This document shows positions 27,323 through 37,812 of a stretch of 64,000 nt of DNA, piece by piece. The notes under the pieces were generated by a model. It saw nothing but the letters and a program-made list of their open reading frames with translations, made no database searches and was not told the origin of the DNA. Location: IMG/VR virus record IMGVR_UViG_3300009508_000001, positions 37,616-101,615 of that record; one strand, 5' to 3'. Numbering within the stretch: the stretch's first letter is position 1; each line of letters opens with the position of its first letter. The stretch comes from a virus (Duplodnaviria > Caudoviricetes). The translations under genes were made by a program, and so were the position numbers.

Positions 27323-28540
27323 ATGATCAATAATAATAAACGAAATGAAATACAAAATGAAGCTTTACAACACTGGATAAAAGCAGGAAAGATAGGTACA
27401 GTTGAAATTGCAACAGGCGTGGGGAAGACATTTGTTTTTCTTCACGCTTTGCATACTATGCCTAAAAATAAAGAAAAAATACATCTTTATTTAGCAGAAA
27501 CAAATCAAAGAGAAAGAGATCTTGAAAAGACTATAACTTTATTTGATAAAATATTTAAAAAACAAACTAAAAAGGATTATATAATCCAATTTAATTGTTA
27601 TCAGAGTGCTTATAAATGGGAAAATAAAAGATTTGGTTTAGTGTGTGGAGATGAAATACATGATTCTTTAACACCTACATATTCTTTATTTTATCAAAAT
27701 AATGAGTATGAAGCTTTAATAGGTTTAAGTGCTAAAATAGATGTTAAAACAAGATATGATGTAACAAGAGGTCTTATAACAACCACATTGACAAAAGGAT
27801 TTTATCTTAATAAATATTGTCCTGTAATTTATAAATACTCTTTAGATGATGCTAGAGATGACAATCTTAACAGAGATTTAGATATACACGTTATATTTAA
27901 TAAGCTTGATGATAAAATTAAAAACGTTGCAGCTGGTAGTGCAAAAAAAAGATTTTATCAAACAGAACAACAAGCTTATGATTTTTGGAGTAAAAGATTA
28001 GCTCAAGCATTAGATGAAGAATCTGGTAAAAGTAATAAGCTGTTTGCTAGAATATCTGCATTAAGAAGGTCTGTAATATTATATAGTCTGCCTTCTAAAA
28101 TAGAAGCTACTAAAAAATTAGTAAAACATTTAAAAAGAACTTTAATTTTTGGTAATCATATTGATTCATTACTAAAAATTACTCCAAATGTAATATCATC
28201 TAAAAATAAAGATGATAAAAATGAAAAAATTAGAAATGATTTTGAATCTAATAAAATAGATTTAATAGGATCATTTAAGATGTTAAAACAAGGTGCTAAT
28301 ATTAAAGGATTAGATAACTTAGTTATAATGTCTTATTATAGTTCTGAAAAAGATGTAATACAAAGATTAGGTAGAGCTAGAAAAGATGGTAATAGAAAAG
28401 GTAAAGTTTTTATATTTGTAACAGAAAATACTCAAGAAGAAAAATGGTATTTAAGAATGTTTGAAAATATAAATGCTTATAATGTTATAAGCCATAAAAA
28501 TGTAGATGAATGTATAACTTATATTAATGAGAAGGCATAA
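27323..28540 (+). CDS. Superfamily 2 (DExH) helicase
   Basis: ATGVGKT, DEIH, LSA, QRLGRARK. Confidence 0.88.
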   Translation: MINNNKRNEIQNEALQHWIKAGKIGTVEIATGVGKTFVFLHALHTMPKNKEKIHLYLAETNQRERDLEKTITLFDKIFKKQTKKDYIIQFNCYQSAYKWENKRFGLVCGDEIHDSLTPTYSLFYQNNEYEALIGLSAKIDVKTRYDVTRGLITTTLTKGFYLNKYCPVIYKYSLDDARDDNLNRDLDIHVIFNKLDDKIKNVAAGSAKKRFYQTEQQAYDFWSKRLAQALDEESGKSNKLFARISALRRSVILYSLPSKIEATKKLVKHLKRTLIFGNHIDSLLKITPNVISSKNKDDKNEKIRNDFESNKIDLIGSFKMLKQGANIKGLDNLVIMSYYSSEKDVIQRLGRARKDGNRKGKVFIFVTENTQEEKWYLRMFENINAYNVISHKNVDECITYINEKA

Positions 28541-28847
28541 AAAAATAAGAGAAGAGTTTACTTGGGGTCAAAATTATGATAAAAATAATGAAAGATTGCC
28601 AAAAACTATTCGTAGAAAATTAAAAGATATATCTAATTCTCATTTAGAAGGAATTATTAAATATTTTCAAATAAAGATTTATAATTTAGAATGTAATAGA
28701 CCTACAATATTAGGATTTATTACAAGACTAATGAATCGTACTATTGATAATAAAATAATTAATTCTAGAAAAATGATTAAATTATTTAAAACAGAATCTA
28801 GATATAGAATTATTAATAATATAACTGTTAACGATTATGGCAACTAG
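28527..28847 (+). CDS. Hypothetical protein
   Basis: WGQNYDK...LKDISNSHLEGI. Confidence 0.6.
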   Translation: MRRHKKIREEFTWGQNYDKNNERLPKTIRRKLKDISNSHLEGIIKYFQIKIYNLECNRPTILGFITRLMNRTIDNKIINSRKMIKLFKTESRYRIINNITVNDYGN

Positions 28848-28888
28848 AAGACAACATTACTTACATCAAAATGATGAAAAAAGAGTAA

Positions 28889-29101
28889 ATGAGAGAAGAA
28901 AAAGTAAAAGAAGATTTAATAGTAAAAGAAGTAAGAAATGATCTTTTAAGACGTTCTAAGGTAGGTATAAAAAAATATGGAGTCACATTAGATGAAGCTG
29001 ATTTAAAGCTTTCTGAGTGGCTCCAACATGCCTATGAAGAATGTTTAGATCAAGCAAACTATCTTAAATCAGCAATATTAAAGTTAAATGATAAAAACTA
29101 A
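28889..29101 (+). CDS. Small all-alpha NTP-pyrophosphohydrolase-like protein
   Basis: RSKVGIKKYGVTL...WLQHAYEECLDQANYLK. Confidence 0.6.
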   Translation: MREEKVKEDLIVKEVRNDLLRRSKVGIKKYGVTLDEADLKLSEWLQHAYEECLDQANYLKSAILKLNDKN

Positions 29102-29384
29102 CGAATTATTGTCTAAAACATTATCAGAACAAAATAATGGTAAATATAATCATAATAAATGTGCTGAAGAATTATTAGAATTAGCTACTAATTTAGTGCA
29201 ACGTGTTAATAAACCTTCTAAAGTATCTAATAAAAAGATAATTGAAGAAATTGGTGATGTAAGAGTAAGATTAGCAATACTTGAAGAAGTCTATAGTAAA
29301 AAAAAGATACAAAAACGTGTTGATAAAAAATCTAATCAATTATTGAAATATCTTAAATTAAAAAAGTATAAAAATAAAGTATAA
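29088..29384 (+). CDS. MazG-like protein
   Basis: KCAEELLELA...IEEIGDV (ExxE...ExxD). Confidence 0.65.
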   Translation: MIKTNELLSKTLSEQNNGKYNHNKCAEELLELATNLVQRVNKPSKVSNKKIIEEIGDVRVRLAILEEVYSKKKIQKRVDKKSNQLLKYLKLKKYKNKV

Positions 29385-29506
29385 TGGGATATATAATATT
29401 CCTAATAGTTTGTATAATATCTAGTATATGGATATCATACGATTATTTTAAAGAAAAAATAAAAAATAATGACAAAAAGAATAGCAAGAACAACAGCAGT
29501 AAATAA
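29384..29506 (+). CDS. Possible 40-aa single-pass membrane peptide, not in ORF track
   Basis: TAATG overlap; MGYIIFLIVCIISSIWISYDYFKEKIK... Confidence 0.4.
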   Translation: MGYIIFLIVCIISSIWISYDYFKEKIKNNDKKNSKNNSSK

Positions 29507-29720
29507 AATTAGAGAGAGTAAAGGTAAATTCTTTACAGCAACTTGGGAAACTAAAGCTGGTAATGAACGTACAATGAATTGCAATGTAAAATCTGATTGT
29601 ATTACACGATTAGGTTATATTAGAGCATATTCTCCTAAAGATAAAGGTTATAGAAGCATCGATCCTAGAACTCTTAGAGAGATTAAAATGGAAGGTGTAA
29701 CTTATAGAATTAGAAGTTAA
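29469..29720 (+). CDS. Small basic SH3/WYL-like beta-barrel protein
   Basis: GKFFTATW..K.G..RTMNC...GYRSID..TL..I. Confidence 0.6.
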   Translation: MTKRIARTTAVNKIRESKGKFFTATWETKAGNERTMNCNVKSDCITRLGYIRAYSPKDKGYRSIDPRTLREIKMEGVTYRIRS

Positions 29721-29734
29721 TTAAATTAAATTAA

Positions 29735-30037
29735 ATGACAAAAACTTTAACAAAGAAACGTAATATAGCAGATGCTAAAGATGTATCTTGGTTAGAGATA
29801 ATGAAGCACTCACTAGTAAATTTCACTTTTGGATTTACTAGTAGTGTTGTCATTATATCTTTAACTTTAGGTTATTGGTATATAATACTAGTAGCTTATT
29901 TTATACACAAAAAATTTGAAAGTACTATATTAAATAGAAATAAATATATAAGTAAATTAGGTAAAAATATAATTTTTCCTATACCAAGTACTATAGGTTT
30001 CTTTTTAGGATGGTGGCTTTCTCAATTAATAAATTAA
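29735..30037 (+). CDS. Membrane protein
   Basis: Two to three hydrophobic segments. Confidence 0.6.
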   Translation: MTKTLTKKRNIADAKDVSWLEIMKHSLVNFTFGFTSSVVIISLTLGYWYIILVAYFIHKKFESTILNRNKYISKLGKNIIFPIPSTIGFFLGWWLSQLIN

Positions 30038-30043
30038 ACAAAT

Positions 30044-30550
30044 ATGCCTAAATTAATAGAACATAAAGGACTTAGTGAAACACATTCTAGTAACCCTAAT
30101 TTTGATATTAGAAATTTAAGTACTAGAAGAGGTATGATATGGGTATGTAATTATCCCACATTAAATTGTCAAATGTTTTCTATAGGGAATGCTCAGTTTT
30201 TAGTAAATTTACCAGAAAATTCTACTGTAAAACTTGAAGATTTACTTTTAACTTTTAAAAGAATTGTAGGTGGTAAATCACTTATGTTTGTTGATATAAA
30301 ACAGAATATTTTAGATGATTTTAAAGAAAGTATTAAAGAATATACTGAGAAAACTATAGATACACCTTATATTAGTACTAATAATAGTAAAATGGTTACA
30401 GTATTAGTTTATTTTAATGAAAAATATAAACTTTTAGAAGAAACTAAAGAAATTAATAAAACTAAAGTAACTTCAAGAAAAAATCCATTGGAATTAACAA
30501 CTCCTGGTGCTAGAATGAGAGGTATATTAGATAATGATAGAAGTTGGTAA
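30044..30550 (+). CDS. Hypothetical protein, paralogue of 31250-31744
   Basis: PTLNCQMFSI, LMFVDI, YISTNNSKMVTVLV. Confidence 0.7.
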   Translation: MPKLIEHKGLSETHSSNPNFDIRNLSTRRGMIWVCNYPTLNCQMFSIGNAQFLVNLPENSTVKLEDLLLTFKRIVGGKSLMFVDIKQNILDDFKESIKEYTEKTIDTPYISTNNSKMVTVLVYFNEKYKLLEETKEINKTKVTSRKNPLELTTPGARMRGILDNDRSW

Positions 30551-30571
30551 TATTATTTTAAAATAAAAAAT

Positions 30572-30775
30572 ATGGAAATATATAAAGATTTATTAGATAT
30601 ATTTATGAAATTAACCTTTTGGATAGGTACTTCAATAATAATATTAAAAATGTTAATTTTAATAATTCAATTAGTAAGTAAAACTTATGAATACAAAGAA
30701 TCCAAGTATGATTCATTTATATCGAATATAATATATTATACATCTATATATTATATGTTTAGTTATATATTTTAA
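30572..30775 (+). CDS. Small membrane protein
   Basis: Two hydrophobic segments. Confidence 0.5.
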   Translation: MEIYKDLLDIFMKLTFWIGTSIIILKMLILIIQLVSKTYEYKESKYDSFISNIIYYTSIYYMFSYIF

Positions 30776-30777
30776 TT

Positions 30778-31278
30778 ATGAGTGGTATAATAAGATTTTG
30801 TAGTGATCCTCATTTTGGTCATAGAAATATGGCTCTTAAAAGAAATTTTAATGATGAGTATCATATGAATGAACATATAATAGATCACTGGAATAGAATT
30901 GTTAGAAAAGGTGATACTACTTGGATTCTAGGTGATATTACTATGGAAAAAAGAGATTATGAAATACTTAATAGACTTAATGGTTTTAAAAGAGTAATAT
31001 TAGGTAATCATGATATGGGTAATCATTCTAAAACATTATCAGAATATGTTAATAGTATTCATGGTATGGTTAAAATAAGACATAAAAAATATGGTACTAT
31101 ATTTTTAACACATTGTCCTGTTCACCCTAGTGAATTTGATTATAGAATACATTATAATATACATGGTCATGTTCATGAAAATACTTTAGATGATAAAAGA
31201 TATATAAATGTATGTATGGAAAATATTAATTATAAACCTAAAACATTAGATGAGTTATTTCAAGAAAAAAATACATAA
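30778..31278 (+). CDS. Calcineurin-like metallophosphoesterase
   Basis: SDPHFGH, LGD, GNHD, THCP, HGHVH. Confidence 0.9.
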   Translation: MSGIIRFCSDPHFGHRNMALKRNFNDEYHMNEHIIDHWNRIVRKGDTTWILGDITMEKRDYEILNRLNGFKRVILGNHDMGNHSKTLSEYVNSIHGMVKIRHKKYGTIFLTHCPVHPSEFDYRIHYNIHGHVHENTLDDKRYINVCMENINYKPKTLDELFQEKNT

Positions 31279-31744
31279 AATAATAAAATGGTTAATTAAA
31301 AAATCAGATTATCAATTTAAAATAAAACACTTAGAATTTAATACAAGATCTGGATGTGCTACCGTAATAAATAGCCCTACTGGTAATTGTCAAATGTATA
31401 CTATTAAAAAGTTTGATAGGTTATTACATTTACCAGATATTAAATTTAAGAACTATATAGAAGAATCTTTATATTTTACAGGTAAAAAAATTCTATTTCT
31501 AGATATAAACTATTATAATTTAAAAACTACTTTAGATAAACTTAATTATTGTTTTGATGTAATTGAAAAAGTTAATTATAAAAGTACTAATTTGAGTTCT
31601 ATGGTTTTAGTTTTATTAAAATATAATCCTACTAAAAAAATTAAAGATTTAGAAAAACAAATTGATGATTATAATTCTATATTAACTAGAGAACCTGGTG
31701 AATCAAGAATAACTTTTTTTCATAGACATTCAAGACATCTTTGA
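31250..31744 (+). CDS. Hypothetical protein, paralogue of 30044-30550
   Basis: PTGNCQMYTI, ILFLDI, YKSTNLSSMVLVLL. Confidence 0.7.
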   Translation: MSYFKKKIHKIIKWLIKKSDYQFKIKHLEFNTRSGCATVINSPTGNCQMYTIKKFDRLLHLPDIKFKNYIEESLYFTGKKILFLDINYYNLKTTLDKLNYCFDVIEKVNYKSTNLSSMVLVLLKYNPTKKIKDLEKQIDDYNSILTREPGESRITFFHRHSRHL

Positions 31745-31746
31745 TT

Positions 31747-31944
31747 ATGATAACAGCTGATGGACATTACTATAAATCAGGAGATAGATTATTTGAAGTA
31801 GGTCAGTATTCTAATAAAGAATGGTATATAATACCTCATATAGTAAATAAAAATAATCATATGTTTTCTTCTAGTAAATATTTTGCAATGCATCATAAAG
31901 GAAGACAATATATTAAAAATAAAAAAGCCTCTACAATTAAGTAA
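31747..31944 (+). CDS. Small hypothetical protein
   Basis: ATG 31747 after the upstream TGA; last gene of the plus-strand module. Confidence 0.45.
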   Translation: MITADGHYYKSGDRLFEVGQYSNKEWYIIPHIVNKNNHMFSSSKYFAMHHKGRQYIKNKKASTIK

Positions 31945-31956
31945 AGGCTTTTTTTT
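31921..31956. terminator. Bidirectional terminator at the convergence of the replication and virion modules
   Basis: AAAAAAGCCT...AGGCTTTTTTT. Confidence 0.8.
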
Positions 31957-31970
31957 AGACTCTTCAACTA

Positions 31971-34900
31971 TTAGTTTGACAAAGTTTTTAAGAAATTTAG
32001 AGATTGTTCTGCACTTCTTTCTCCTTGTGCTACATAAGGTACTAGTTTTTTAAACTTAACCCATGATTTTAATTCTCCTTTTCTATCACCAGTTTTATAT
32101 TCTTCAATAGGATCACCTACTAATTGATACAATAATTTACCAGTTTTTTCTAAAGTATTCATAGCTGCAAATGGAGATCTCATTGTTCTCATAAGTTCTA
32201 AAGGATTTGCATACTGACTTAATTCAGATACTTGTCTTCTAAAATTAAAAGCTAATAAATAATATAATTCTTCATTTTCTTCATCATCTTCAGCTAAACC
32301 TTGCATAAGTGCATACCCTGCATACATTAAAGCTATCATTGCTGCTTCTCTTGTAGTTTTATAAATATTAGCACGTTCTTTATCATTAAGATTTTCCCAA
32401 TTAGTTGTCATTATTTCCATATTAAAATTCTTAATTGACTCATAAACTCCTAATTTCATAAATCTTAAGAAACTTGTATATGTACCTTCATCATATTCTT
32501 GTAAAGAATAATCATATTGTTTTTGTTCTTCTGTAAGATTTTCATAATCTTTTTTCCAATGAGCTACACCTTTAAATCTACGTGAGTAAGATGATAACAT
32601 CCATTTTCTAAACATAAATAATAATTTACCATACCAATGTCTTTGTATATGGGATTGTATTTTATTATCATATTGACCATGAAGATCTATAACTTTCTTT
32701 TTAATTAAGTTTTGATGTTGTATCATACCCAAGTCATTAAACTCTGACTCACTAAAACTACTTTTTTTAGCTTTAGAATTAAGTTCTAGTGTAGCTGTAC
32801 TAGTTTTATCATTAGTTTTAACATCAAAAGCTTCATACATAGTCATAGCTTCTTCTTTAGCTACTACTTTACCTTCAGAATTAATATATTGACCTTTAGC
32901 ATTCTTAATTTTAACACTATTAAGTATAGCAAGCATAAGAGTTGATTGAGCATAATGCTCAGACATACTATTCAAACTATGCATAGTACCTTTTTTCATT
33001 AAGGCTCTAAATTTAGTGTTATCTTCTATAAGATTTTTAACTACATTGAAATCACCCATTAAATCAAAATGTTCAATAAGTAAATTAATCTTATTAGTAT
33101 TTTTTAATGCACCAATATCATTTAAACCACCATTAGCAGTCATTTGCTTCCAATACTCTTTTTCAGCAAATCTAAGATCAGCTCTAGTATATGTACCTAT
33201 ACCAACACCTTCTATAAAGTTTTGAACTTTAGCTTGTGTTAAGTTAGGTATTGCAGATAAATAGTTAAGACCAAGAGTTAAATCAGCTGTATAACCTGAT
33301 ATAGAGCTTGATATTGCATTTAAATCCATACCTGCTATCTTATTAGCTGATACTTCTGTAATACCATATAATCTATTCTCAATTATAGATTTAAGTTTCT
33401 TATAAACATTACTTTGATCTCCAGGTGCTATAATTTGATCATGGTCTTTTTTATTAAAACCTGCCCAAGCAGATATTTTTTTAATACCCGATACAATATC
33501 ATATTGTTTTACATCAGCTTCACCTACTACTTCTTGTAACATTATTAAATCAGCTTCTAATTTAGATTTAACTTCAAAATTAGTAGCCATAGTTTCATTC
33601 AATAAAAATATAGTACCTAAATCAAGAGATTGATCTTTAGGTTGAAGAGGAGATCTGTAATGAACAGGTAAAGTATTTTTAGTTTCACCATCCATACTAG
33701 ACATTACTTTAATACCATTATTTAAATCTTGCTCAGTAAGTTGACCATATTCAGTATCATCTTCACGTTTTTTACCTAAATCACCTGTTTTATCTTTAAC
33801 TAATTGTTTAATATTACCAGATAATATCATATCTATATCTGTACGTCTTACAGATGGTAATTTAATAATAACTAAATCATCATTATTTTTTAAAGGTCTA
33901 TTAATTATTGAGTTGATACCTTTAGTTTTTTCATCAGCTCTTATTGCAGATTCTTCTAAAGTTTTTAAATAAGATTTATCTTTGTCATTAAGTTGTTTAT
34001 ATTTAGGATTCAACCATTTACTAATAGGTTTTTGACCTATAATAACTCCAGGAAAACCATTTACTTCACCTTTTATAACAGTTATATTATCAGCTTTCCA
34101 AGTTTTATATTTATTTCTAGCTGCATTATGTTCATCACTATTTTCACCAAATTCTCTAGAAGCTTCATTTATAGCTTTTTTAACTTTATCAAATTCTTCT
34201 ATAAATTCAGGTTTATATTCAGATATTAAATAATAATTACCAGCTTTATCTTGTGATAATAATTTAGAATACCTTGCTTTATTAGTACTACCAGAAGCAT
34301 CATATTCTTTAGTAGCATTAACTATAGTATTTCTAAGATTAATAGAAGCATTTCTAATCTCTGCATCAGCTTTATCTAAAGACAATGAAGATAAATGGAT
34401 AAGTAAATTTGAGATATTTTTCTCATTATCTAGCATAAATTTATAACTAGATATATCTTGAGGTATAATTTCAAGTTGTTCTCTAACTTGATCATATTGT
34501 TGTTGATTAATAATATCAATTTCCTCATCTAATCGTTCTTGAGTATACTGATCTAAAGTTTTATTTACTGGTCTATCTTTCTTATATTCTTTTTTATATT
34601 TATTTTTAGCTTGAGTAATTGGATTAGTATTATAACTAGCAAACTTTTGAGCTAACAAATCTTTACTTAAGTTAGAACTATCATTAATATATCTTTTATA
34701 TCTACCATTTACTTTATCTAATGAATCAGTTATAACATTATATTCATCTCTAGTTAAATTACCTGATTGTTTCATTCTAGATACTATTTTACCAATATCA
34801 TCTACATAATTAAACACAGAAGCATATTGTCTAGATCTGTTTATATAATCATTAGTAAGAGTTTCAGCTTTTAAAGACTCATCTAAACCAAATATAAGAC

Positions 34901-37811
34901 TATCTAATTCTTGTTCTGCAAAGTTTAAATATTCAAGTACAGCATCTTTAGCTTGTTCTTTTTGTAATTTATCTAAAAGTTTCTGTATTTTTTGGTATTT
35001 AGTTTGAGTTTTCTTATCATAACCTTTACTAGATATAGATTTCTTTTTAACAGCTTCTATAGATGAAAGTATTTTATTAATAACATCTTTAACATCTAAT
35101 AATTTATCTTGTAATTCTTTACTAGGTTTATTTTTTTTAGACTTTTCAACTCTTTTTTCTAATATAATACCTTTTTGTAAAGGTGATGTATATCCATTAG
35201 ATTCTTGTTCTATAACTTCTGTGATAGACTCAATAATATCTGTAATATTAGGTGTAGTATTTAAACCTAACATTGATTTAATAAAGTTAATTATTTTAGT
35301 AAAGAAATTACCATTATCTATATTTTTAAGTTCTTCTCTAAATTCATTATTAGTCATTATTTCAGCTATAAATTCAGCTTCATTAGTAAAACCATATAAA
35401 TCACTATCGGTTTTACTTCTATAATAACGTAATGTACTAATGATATTCTCTCTAAATTGACGTTGATTATCATTTTTAGGAGCTTCTAATGCACGAACAG
35501 TCATATCATGAGTTATCTCATGTAATATAGATTCTAATGCATAGTAAACGTTACCTGTACTTAATATATCTTCATTTACACTAATAACTTTAGTATCACT
35601 ATCATATTGAGCATAAGTATCTTCACCAGACTTTAATTTATCTTTAGATACAAACTTAATAGTAGACCTAGTAGTTAATAATGACTTCATAAAAGCTTTA
35701 CCTTCATCATTAATGTCAAGATTAGGGTTATTATAAGCATTTCTTAAAAATAAATTAGATTTTACAGTATCTATAGTACCATTAAATAATATATTTATAA
35801 TATCATCATTATCTTGAGTTGTTTCTTCAATACTTTTATTAATATCTCTTTTAGATATTTTCTTAGGGTTAAATAAAAAACTTTTAACTTCTGGTTTGGA
35901 ATCTTGTCTATTTTGTAATTGAAGTATAAAATTAGTGTTAGCGTCTTCAAGTTTTAATTCAACTTCATTCCATTTATTACCATGTTCATCAGTTACTTCT
36001 TTAACTCTACCTTTATACTTTTTATTTAATATATTAGTGACATTATTTTCATAAAAACCAGCAATACTACTTAATTGAGTTTGACCAGATTCTACATCAG
36101 CAAGTTCTTGTTTAAGAGTTTTAATTTCATTGTTAACTTTTTCTAGTTTATCTTTACCAGAAGTTTGTTCATCATTAGTAACTTGTCTAATAGGTTCAGA
36201 CCAAGTATCTGGATATTCATCTTTGTTTATGTAATCTAAAGCTTCTTGAGATGAGCCAAAAATAAGTTTTTCTTCGCTAGGAGCATAAGGATCTATATTT
36301 TTTATAACCCATTGTTCATTAGTATTACTTATTTTTTCTTTTTGAGATTCTAAATTAGAAATTCTACTTAACTTTTCTCTTTTAAATTCTTCTAAAGTTT
36401 GATGTCCTTCAATCTTAGCAGCAGTATCTCCTTTAGGAAATAATACTTTTTCATAACCTTTTTTAGCGCTATCTTGTATAATAGATTCTATAAAGAAATT
36501 AACCCAGTTATTCTTTTTGTTTAAAAGTTGTAAAAATTTATTATCGTTTTGATTTATATTTAAAGAATCTTTACTATATTCAGGATAACCATCTTCATTT
36601 TGAGTATTTGTTCTAGTATAACCTTGATTCAGTAAGTCAGTTTCTTCATCTTGATCTTCTGCTATTTTTATGGTATATCCTTTTTCAGATGTTAAGCTTT
36701 TTTTATCCCTACCTTTCTGAAATAAATCAGATTGTACTTCTAGTATTCTTCTAGTTTTAGAAGTATCTAAATTTAATCCTTTTTTTCTAACAGCATTAGA
36801 AAATTCATCTAAAGAGGATTCTACACTTTCAGATTGTTTGTTTTTTGGAAATTTTGTAAATTTATTACTAACAGGATTATAAAAATATGTAATATCATCA
36901 ACTGTTATATAACTATGTTGACCTGCTCTATATTCTTTAGGTAGACTAATATCTTTATCATCACTTCTAAACCAACCTATACCATTATCTGTACTAAATT
37001 GAGCGTGTCCTTTAATATTAGGTATGATATCAGGTGTGGTTATTTCATTTTCTGTATAATTAATACCTCCTGGAACTGTTAATCCTTTATAATATTGAGA
37101 TGGGTTTCTTTTAGATTCTTTAAAACTGCTTAAAAAATAATCTTTTGAAATAAAATTACCATTTTTAAAATAATCTTCACTATAATCAGCATTTAATTTT
37201 CTAATATAAATATCATTATTTAATTTAAATTCAAAATGATTATTAGTTGGTATTTGGTCTTTAATATCTACAAAATTTTGAGAAGCAGTATTAACCTCAA
37301 CAACAAAACTATTTTCAGCTAATAAAGATGTAATAATTTCTTCTCTATCCGTAATATTCTTATCTAATATAATTTGCTTTTGAGCTTTAGGTACTTGAAG
37401 TTCTGTTAGAATTTTATTTAAATCCCAATTATTCTTTTTACCTTTAGTAAATACTTGTTTAGCTTTATCACTATTAAGTATATCTACAGCTTTTAATTGA
37501 TAACCTATATTCTTTTCTAAAATATTAGGATTGTTATCATTAAATTCCTGAATAGCTTGAAAAGCTTTTGTATTAGGTATAGCTCTATTAATAAATTGAG
37601 TAGATCGTTTACCTTTTCTTTCTTTAGTATTATCTTCTACATTAAAAAGTGGACCCATATCAACACCTTTAGAATCCTTTGCGTATTTAGTCAAGGATTC
37701 ATTTTCAGTGTTAAAAGCTTCTAATTTTTCAGTAGGTATATTTCTATTTTCTACTATAAGACCTTTCTTTTTGAAATGATCTAATGTTTTCTTTTGTATA
37801 TTACAACTCAT
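31971..37811 (-). CDS. Giant virion/ejected protein with zincin metallopeptidase domain
   Basis: ILHEITH...EFIAE zincin motif; PGGINY/EVQSDLFQKGR domain; adjacent to the virion RNAP as in crAss-like phages. Confidence 0.8.
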   Translation of the reverse strand: MSCNIQKKTLDHFKKKGLIVENRNIPTEKLEAFNTENESLTKYAKDSKGVDMGPLFNVEDNTKERKGKRSTQFINRAIPNTKAFQAIQEFNDNNPNILEKNIGYQLKAVDILNSDKAKQVFTKGKKNNWDLNKILTELQVPKAQKQIILDKNITDREEIITSLLAENSFVVEVNTASQNFVDIKDQIPTNNHFEFKLNNDIYIRKLNADYSEDYFKNGNFISKDYFLSSFKESKRNPSQYYKGLTVPGGINYTENEITTPDIIPNIKGHAQFSTDNGIGWFRSDDKDISLPKEYRAGQHSYITVDDITYFYNPVSNKFTKFPKNKQSESVESSLDEFSNAVRKKGLNLDTSKTRRILEVQSDLFQKGRDKKSLTSEKGYTIKIAEDQDEETDLLNQGYTRTNTQNEDGYPEYSKDSLNINQNDNKFLQLLNKKNNWVNFFIESIIQDSAKKGYEKVLFPKGDTAAKIEGHQTLEEFKREKLSRISNLESQKEKISNTNEQWVIKNIDPYAPSEEKLIFGSSQEALDYINKDEYPDTWSEPIRQVTNDEQTSGKDKLEKVNNEIKTLKQELADVESGQTQLSSIAGFYENNVTNILNKKYKGRVKEVTDEHGNKWNEVELKLEDANTNFILQLQNRQDSKPEVKSFLFNPKKISKRDINKSIEETTQDNDDIINILFNGTIDTVKSNLFLRNAYNNPNLDINDEGKAFMKSLLTTRSTIKFVSKDKLKSGEDTYAQYDSDTKVISVNEDILSTGNVYYALESILHEITHDMTVRALEAPKNDNQRQFRENIISTLRYYRSKTDSDLYGFTNEAEFIAEIMTNNEFREELKNIDNGNFFTKIINFIKSMLGLNTTPNITDIIESITEVIEQESNGYTSPLQKGIILEKRVEKSKKNKPSKELQDKLLDVKDVINKILSSIEAVKKKSISSKGYDKKTQTKYQKIQKLLDKLQKEQAKDAVLEYLNFAEQELDSLIFGLDESLKAETLTNDYINRSRQYASVFNYVDDIGKIVSRMKQSGNLTRDEYNVITDSLDKVNGRYKRYINDSSNLSKDLLAQKFASYNTNPITQAKNKYKKEYKKDRPVNKTLDQYTQERLDEEIDIINQQQYDQVREQLEIIPQDISSYKFMLDNEKNISNLLIHLSSLSLDKADAEIRNASINLRNTIVNATKEYDASGSTNKARYSKLLSQDKAGNYYLISEYKPEFIEEFDKVKKAINEASREFGENSDEHNAARNKYKTWKADNITVIKGEVNGFPGVIIGQKPISKWLNPKYKQLNDKDKSYLKTLEESAIRADEKTKGINSIINRPLKNNDDLVIIKLPSVRRTDIDMILSGNIKQLVKDKTGDLGKKREDDTEYGQLTEQDLNNGIKVMSSMDGETKNTLPVHYRSPLQPKDQSLDLGTIFLLNETMATNFEVKSKLEADLIMLQEVVGEADVKQYDIVSGIKKISAWAGFNKKDHDQIIAPGDQSNVYKKLKSIIENRLYGITEVSANKIAGMDLNAISSSISGYTADLTLGLNYLSAIPNLTQAKVQNFIEGVGIGTYTRADLRFAEKEYWKQMTANGGLNDIGALKNTNKINLLIEHFDLMGDFNVVKNLIEDNTKFRALMKKGTMHSLNSMSEHYAQSTLMLAILNSVKIKNAKGQYINSEGKVVAKEEAMTMYEAFDVKTNDKTSTATLELNSKAKKSSFSESEFNDLGMIQHQNLIKKKVIDLHGQYDNKIQSHIQRHWYGKLLFMFRKWMLSSYSRRFKGVAHWKKDYENLTEEQKQYDYSLQEYDEGTYTSFLRFMKLGVYESIKNFNMEIMTTNWENLNDKERANIYKTTREAAMIALMYAGYALMQGLAEDDEENEELYYLLAFNFRRQVSELSQYANPLELMRTMRSPFAAMNTLEKTGKLLYQLVGDPIEEYKTGDRKGELKSWVKFKKLVPYVAQGERSAEQSLNFLKTLSN

Positions 37812-37812
37812 A

